NCBI GenBank assembly: GCA_965178125.1
Contig: OZ237744.1
Span: forward strand, 1,116,001-1,180,000
DNA from: Bilabrum cf. latius
Lineage: Eukaryota
Direction of reading: 5' to 3'
DNA: 64,000 nucleotides
Part shown: positions 58,530 through 64,000 of the stretch, piece by piece
Numbering within the stretch: the stretch's first letter is position 1
Layout of the letters: the number at the start of each line of letters is the position of its first letter
Program-made: the position numbers and the translations under genes
Notes under the pieces: generated by a model
Databases searched by the model: none
What the model was told of the DNA's origin: nothing
What the model saw: the letters and a program-made list of their open reading frames with translations, nothing else

Positions 58530-60948
58530 ATGGAGAGCAGCGTGATGGAGCGTATGCGGCGCTTACAGAACGAAGTTGATTAGCTTGAAATAATTCTGGA
58601 GAGCGCGTTGGAAGATGTGCCGGTATTTGTGAGAATCTACCCCGTATCCAGCTCGTCCTGTCTTATTGCGAGATTGATATGCACTCCTTTGGACGCACGC
58701 ACTACCTTTTTGCCTCAACCGCAGCCGAAAGGAAGAGTTGAGACTGAACACATGATCTGCAATGCCGTTGCTGCGGTGCAGAAGCGAAGTTAGCTGCTGC
58801 TCGCACTGGATGCAGATGCAGACAGGTGAGGTGCCTCGACAGTATCGACACAAGTTTACTTCGGCTTGCAAAGCGCTGATGCGCACCATGGCTGTAGTAG
58901 CAGTTCCGCTTGAAACCTTTCGCAGGCAAAAGCAGGCAGAAATTCAAGGGTGGCGGCCGCAGGCAGGCGATCCCGTGGATGTGCTGTTTGATAGGCTCGA
59001 TGAGCTGTTGGATGAGGGCGAGCAGGAAAGCAAGCAATCGTACGGCCTTCAAGATGCATCCACAGAGTCATAGAGTGCTTTGTTTGAGGAGATCAAGCCG
59101 AAGGTTTCGTTCTCCGACGAGGAGTGCTGGGGGCGCTTCGTCGACATGAACGAGCCCTTCGAGCTGTACCGCAACATCCCAGGCGCGCCTCAGACAGATT
59201 ACACGGAATTTCTTAAGCGCGGGCCGGTTGCACCGCCCGAAATGGTTGACGTGTCTGGCAGCGCGGATCCGCAGGAGAGCGGGACAGCCCACTCGGCGGC
59301 TCCCTCGTCCTCGTCCTCGTCCTCATCGTCCTCGGCCTCGTCCTCCAGCGCCGCGGCTGCATTTGCGAGCATGGCCAGTGGGAACAGCGGCAGGCGCATG
59401 CGGCCTCGAGAGCGGGAAGAATCCGAACGGCTCCGGGACGCGTCCTACCGGGCCTATCTCCGGTCGTGCACCGGGTACCTTGCTCGCTTCGCCCGCCGTG
59501 CTCGCCCGCTGGAGCCGCTCGAGCAGGTGCTTGAGCCAGCCTACAGGGACTTCTGTCGAGCCGCTGGCCTGTCCTCAGCTGGCCCTGGCACAGGATAGCA
59601 ACCGATGGAAGGCCCCGAGGGTGGCAGCGGGGAGGCGGCGCGAGCCCGGACCCAGGGCGGACCGGGAGCGGGAGGCGAGGAGGAGCATCGACAGCCGTCG
59701 TCTGGGATCGATCTAGGCAGTGTGACGAGTGCGGAGGAGCTGCTGGAGCGGCACGACGGAGAGGCTCTCCGCAACGAGCTGCTGCGGCTGGGGCTCAAGA
59801 CCGGGGGCAGGCCGCAGGACCGTGCCAAGCGGCTGTGGAAAACAAAGGGCAAGTCGCCCGAGGAATGGCCCAGGGGCCTGTGGGCCAAGGGGAGGGGGCC
59901 TAAGGACGGACAGGCGGGAAGTGGGGGGCACGGGGGGCCTGGGACAGCCGGCATGACCGATGTGGAGGCAGCAGCGGAAGCTGCACTTCGGACAGGCGGC
60001 AGGCGCCAGGCATTCGTAGGCGGAGCAACGGCTTCGTCCTCGTCCTCGTCCTCCGTATCGTAGGAGAAAGCGAGATCCCAGGGTGGAGCTTCTTTGACCA
60101 TCAGTAACGGCACTGGGAGCAGCGCAGCGGTGTCTGCCCTAGCACCAGCAGCATCAACAGCATCGACCGGCACTCTCCCATTCTCCGACCAGGTGCCCCG
60201 GGGGGGCGCCCTCGAGTCTCGCTGGCTAGAGCACGCCTTGAGGGCGCTCTGGGGAACACTGCAGCCGGTGATGGACGCCTCACGCACCCGGGCGGAGCGG
60301 CGGCAGACGCTGACGGAGGAGGAGCGGTAGAAGGAGATCGAGGAGGAGGCGGCGGCAGCGGTCGGGGAGGGGGAGGCTTACGGGATGGAGGGGGCCGCGG
60401 GCGGGGAGGGGGAGGACGGGGAGACGGACGCGGAGAGGAGGAAGAGGCTGGGGCGCAGGTACAAGAAGAACCTGGTGGTGGACGTGGACGGGAAGCCCAT
60501 CCCCTACTGGCTATACCGGCTGCACAACCTCAACATCCCGTTCAAGTGCGAGGTGTGCGGGGACGAGACGTACTGGGGCAGGTTCAGCTACGAGCGGCAT
60601 TTCTCATCCCCGAGGCACACTCAGATGCTGCAGCGGCTGGGCATCCCCAACACGAAGCACTTCTTTGGGATCAGCAAGATTGCAGATGCCATGCGGCTGT
60701 GGAAGCGGCTGCAGGCCCAGACCGGTGCGGGCGAGGGGACGGGGCCCGGGGCTGGGGTGGGCGGGTCTGCTTCTGGTTCTGGGCTCGGGGGTGTGGCGGC
60801 GGCAGTGGCTGCGTCGAGCGGCGGGCCGCAGGGCGCGCAGCATGCCGAGTTCGAGGACGCGGACGGGAACGTGATGAGCAGGGAGCTGTACGAGATGATG
60901 GCGAGGCAGGGGCTCCTAGGGCAGGGGGGCGGGCGCAACAGGAGATGA
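58530..60948 (+). CDS. SF3A3: Splicing factor 3A subunit 3 (Prp9)
   Basis: FSDEECWGRFVDM, LGLKTGG..RAKRLW, DGKPIPYWLYRLH, CEVCG..RHF..RH..LGIPNT, EFEDADGNV and RQGLL. Probably two 5' introns. TAG at 58581, 58791, 59071, 59596, 60061 and 60328. Ends TGA. Confidence 0.95.
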
Positions 60949-61060
60949 TGCGTGCAGATGATGCATCACTGGCATGACCTAACTAGTACTATAGCAACAT
61001 TCGAGTCAACAGCAGCTTCACACACTTTGGCACTTAGAGCGTGCTACCTGGCTTCGGCAG

Positions 61061-61624
61061 TCAGCGCGCTCCCGTCCTGGAGATTTCGCACATGGTGCCC
61101 TCCAGCACGTAGTATGATCCTGGATTGTATGGTGTTGTCACGATGCCCAAGCTGTACGTCATGGACACCAGGCACTGCGTCCTGCCGTTGCTCGTGATTA
61201 GCTGCCCTGCAGTCAACTCACCGTCCAGCGTTGCCGCGCAGATTCCGGTGTCAAACGTCGTCCCATTGGCCCATCGGATCGCGGATTTAGGAAATGGTTC
61301 GCTCGCTGATGACAGTTTCAGGACTGGGTCGTTCAGATACCGATACTCCAAAATTGAGAAGGCGCCCACAGCGGCGTACTACCCTGATCGATCAACTTGC
61401 GTTGCGTAGACACATAGCCACCCCTCAGTTGTATACACTAAATTGCCGGCTGCGCCTTGCACTCCGCAGTAGAACCTCTTCTGCGCGATCGAAGCGTTTA
61501 CCGGCAGCGGATCATCATATGGGTTCTTCGGAAACGCCGTGCTGGACGTCCGCAGCCATTCCCCGCAGCCGCGCCCAAGTCGAAGCAATGCTGCAATTGC
61601 AACTACAAAGCATGCAATCTTCAT
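61061..61624 (-). CDS. Small secreted hypothetical protein (187 aa)
   Basis: Signal-like MKIACFVVAIAALLRLG. ORFs 61379-61702 and 61061-61369 are joined in frame by TAG 61379. Ends TGA. Confidence 0.65.
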
Positions 61625-61720
61625 CGACCCCGCGTTAAAGTGGCGCTCGAGTCGCGGCGCGAATGTTTCGACAGTGCGGTGCACCCTCCGCAACAAAGCC
61701 ACAGCCGCGACCCCGGCCCC

Positions 61721-63106
61721 TCACTGGCCCCCGCTGCAGCAGTCCTCGCACGGGTAGTCCGCCCCCTGCAGCCACAGCCGCGACCCGGGCACGAGGCCCC
61801 CGCCCCCCGCAGGAGCACCTGCATCCAGCCACCGCCACCACCGATCCGCAGCCACCGCCCCCGTGGATCCCTCAATCGTCACATTGAAGTCGTCAAACTT
61901 GCCCCCAGGCCCCAGCACCTGCCCCTGCCCCCACTGCCCGCAATGCTCGTGGCACGCTGTGATGAACGCCACGTTGCGGCTGACGTCGTGACCCTGCCAC
62001 TCGCCCTCTCCGCCCCTCTTGCCCGCCCCTGCCCCCAGCACCCGCTCCCGCACGGACCCCAGGAGCATGGCGCCCACCTCCCGCACCGCCGTGTCGTTGC
62101 TACCCCCGATGCCCGCGCTGATGCTGTCCATCGCCGGGTCGAACCGGCTGTTCATCACGAACAGCGGAACATCCACGCGCGGCGCCGAGTCCTCGGGCAG
62201 GACGCACACCACGCTCGGGTCCTTGCCCCCCTGCAGCGCCTCTTCGACGCAGTTCTGGTTGAGCGCGGCCGTGTTGTTCATGGCCCGGCTGATCCACGTG
62301 AGGGCGGCGGGCCAGGCGGGCTTGAGAGGGGTGGAGAGGAAGTACCCAGAGTCGGGGGCGGCGCGGACCGTGGCCTGCGGGATGCGGGACTGCAGGTAGT
62401 CCGCGTGGTAGTACGTGGCCAGGCCGCCGGCCGAGGCGCCCCCCACGATGGCGTGTGAGGCTTCGCCTAGGTTGAAGCGGGCGTGCAGATCGTCCAGCAC
62501 CGACTGAAGGATGCGAAAGCCGCGGTAGTACATGGTCCTGGGCTTGCCGTCGTACACCACTTCCACAACCGTCTCGTTGTTACCGGAAAAAGACCCACCG
62601 TCGCAGTATTCCAAAAAAACCTTGTTCCAATCGTGCGTGAGAGGGTCAACACTCGGGTCGTTGTTCATGAGGCCCCCGCACCAGCGCGAGCCCAAGCAGG
62701 ACGGTATGTACTGGTAGTTCATCGTGGCATTGTAGGCCGACAGGTTACCCGGCATCATGTTTCCCGATTCGCGCAAGAAGCACGCCGGATCTGAACTTCC
62801 CAAATAGCACTTCTCGCTAAACGCTCGCTTGGCGCACGAGCTCTCCGATTCGCACCAACCACCACCCTCAAAATGAAACGACCACTTTGTGGCATTCTTC
62901 GAATGCGGCTCCGCCAGGTTGATCCAGTATCGCCCTGGCGTACCATCCAAGCAGCGAGCTCCATTGGATTCGACGTACTTCGAAAGCAACTGCGCATGGA
63001 ACAGGTTTGGCTCAGCAGCCGCATGCACAGCTGCTACGATAGGAAAGAGCAGTGCGCACGGAATGGTACTGACCATCATAGTCGTTAATGTTTCGATAGC
63101 TATCAT
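61721..63106 (-). CDS. Pectin acetylesterase/Notum-family secreted hydrolase
   Basis: ARCLDGTP, FEGGGWC, WNKVFLEYCDGGSFSG, nucleophile GASAGG, DSGYF and C..HC. Ends TGA. Confidence 0.92.
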   Translation of the reverse strand: MIAIETLTTMMVSTIPCALLFPIVAAVHAAAEPNLFHAQLLSKYVESNGARCLDGTPGRYWINLAEPHSKNATKWSFHFEGGGWCESESSCAKRAFSEKCYLGSSDPACFLRESGNMMPGNLSAYNATMNYQYIPSCLGSRWCGGLMNNDPSVDPLTHDWNKVFLEYCDGGSFSGNNETVVEVVYDGKPRTMYYRGFRILQSVLDDLHARFNLGEASHAIVGGASAGGLATYYHADYLQSRIPQATVRAAPDSGYFLSTPLKPAWPAALTWISRAMNNTAALNQNCVEEALQGGKDPSVVCVLPEDSAPRVDVPLFVMNSRFDPAMDSISAGIGGSNDTAVREVGAMLLGSVRERVLGAGAGKRGGEGEWQGHDVSRNVAFITACHEHCGQWGQGQVLGPGGKFDDFNVTIEGSTGAVAADRWWRWLDAGAPAGGGGLVPGSRLWLQGADYPCEDCCSGGQ

Positions 63107-63473
63107 GATGCTAATTCGTCAAGTTCGAAGGCAACACGGTGAGAAGATACTGTGCGGTGATGAAGCTGGTCGCCGATCATCATCGTCGCAACAAATTGGG
63201 TCCACCTCGCGGGGTCCTGCACAGAGTACCGGTGTCAATTTTTGAGTGTTTGATGACTTCGAGTAATACACATAGTGTAAATTATTATCACTACATGGTC
63301 AAATTTTGAAATAAATGCATAAGACGTGAAATATCCGGGCCCAAAGAGAACTGCTTTCGCCTCGACCAGCCTGCACCACCCCACGTAGCTCTATTGTCTG
63401 CTCTTTAGAAAAACCTACTAGCCTGCAACCGCCTGGGTATCTTTTTTGATACTACGGCCGTGACCCCGCCCCC

Positions 63474-64000
63474 TCACTGGCCCCCGCTGCAGCAGTCCTC
63501 GCACGGGTAGTCCGCCCCCTGCAGCCACAGCCGCGACCCGGGCACGAGGCCCCCGCCCCCCGCAGGCGCACCTGCATCCAGCCACCGCCACCACCGATCC
63601 GCAGCCACCGCCCCCGTGGATCCCTCAATCGTCACATTGAAGTCGTCAAACTTGCCCCCAGGCCCCAGCACCTGCCCCTGCCCCCACTGCCCGCAATGCT
63701 CGTGGCACGCTGTGATGAACGCCACGTTGCGGCTGACGTCGTGACCCTGCCACTCGCCCTCTCCGCCCCTCTTGCCCGCCCCTGCCCCCAGCACCCGCTC
63801 CCGCACGGACCCCAGGAGCATGGCGCCCACCTCCCGCACTGCCGTGTCGTTGCTACCCCCGATGCCCGCGCTGATGCTGTCCATCGCCGGGTCGAACCGG
63901 CTGTTCATCACGAACAGCGGAACATCCACGCGCGGTGCCGAGTCCTCGGGCAGGACGCACACCACGCTCGGGTCCTTGCCCCCCTGCAGCGCCTCTTCGA
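63474..64000 (-). CDS. Second pectin acetylesterase/Notum-family copy (3' part; truncated by the window edge)
   Basis: Near-identical to 61721-62247 (offset 1753), with an identical translation. Confidence 0.9.
   Translation of the reverse strand, partial: EEALQGGKDPSVVCVLPEDSAPRVDVPLFVMNSRFDPAMDSISAGIGGSNDTAVREVGAMLLGSVRERVLGAGAGKRGGEGEWQGHDVSRNVAFITACHEHCGQWGQGQVLGPGGKFDDFNVTIEGSTGAVAADRWWRWLDAGAPAGGGGLVPGSRLWLQGADYPCEDCCSGGQ

Noticed and set aside
5714-61624. Mass pseudogenisation or sequencing error as the cause of fragmented ORFs
   Set aside because: The interruptions are exclusively TAG, preserve frame, and hit essential genes whose motifs are intact. Random decay would also give TGA/TAA and many frameshifts.
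1-64000. Suppressor tRNA(CUA), eRF1, rRNA or transposon in the window
   Set aside because: None recognised by eye. tRNAscan-SE or Infernal would be needed to exclude small RNAs.

Overview
GC-rich, gene-dense eukaryotic nuclear DNA from a protist-like organism. It has short GT-AG introns and intergenic spacers of about 60-300 bp. About 28 protein-coding genes are supportable, including Brr2, Dpy-30, a START protein, OPA3, a hybrid histidine kinase, a dual-specificity phosphatase, CDC23/APC8, three secreted glycan-active proteins, peptide deformylase, RNR small subunit, an IGHMBP2-like helicase, a DH-PH protein, TAP42, cofilin, TMEM135-like, USP5, SF3A3 and a duplicated pectin acetylesterase/Notum-like gene. 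The main finding is a non-standard nuclear genetic code. Roughly 70 in-frame TAG codons (manual count) interrupt about 18 genes, including essential ones, always without a frame change. No in-frame TAA or TGA was found in the exons, and every reconstructed gene ends in TGA or TAA. TAG sits at the conserved Gln of the Upf1-family QYRMH motif and inside a CAG poly-Gln run. This indicates UAG=Gln with UAA and UGA still acting as stops (NCBI table 15-like). The supplied standard-code ORF track is therefore fragmented, and at least one gene is missing from it. The lineage cannot be established from this window. No rRNA, tRNA, CRISPR array or mobile element was recognised.
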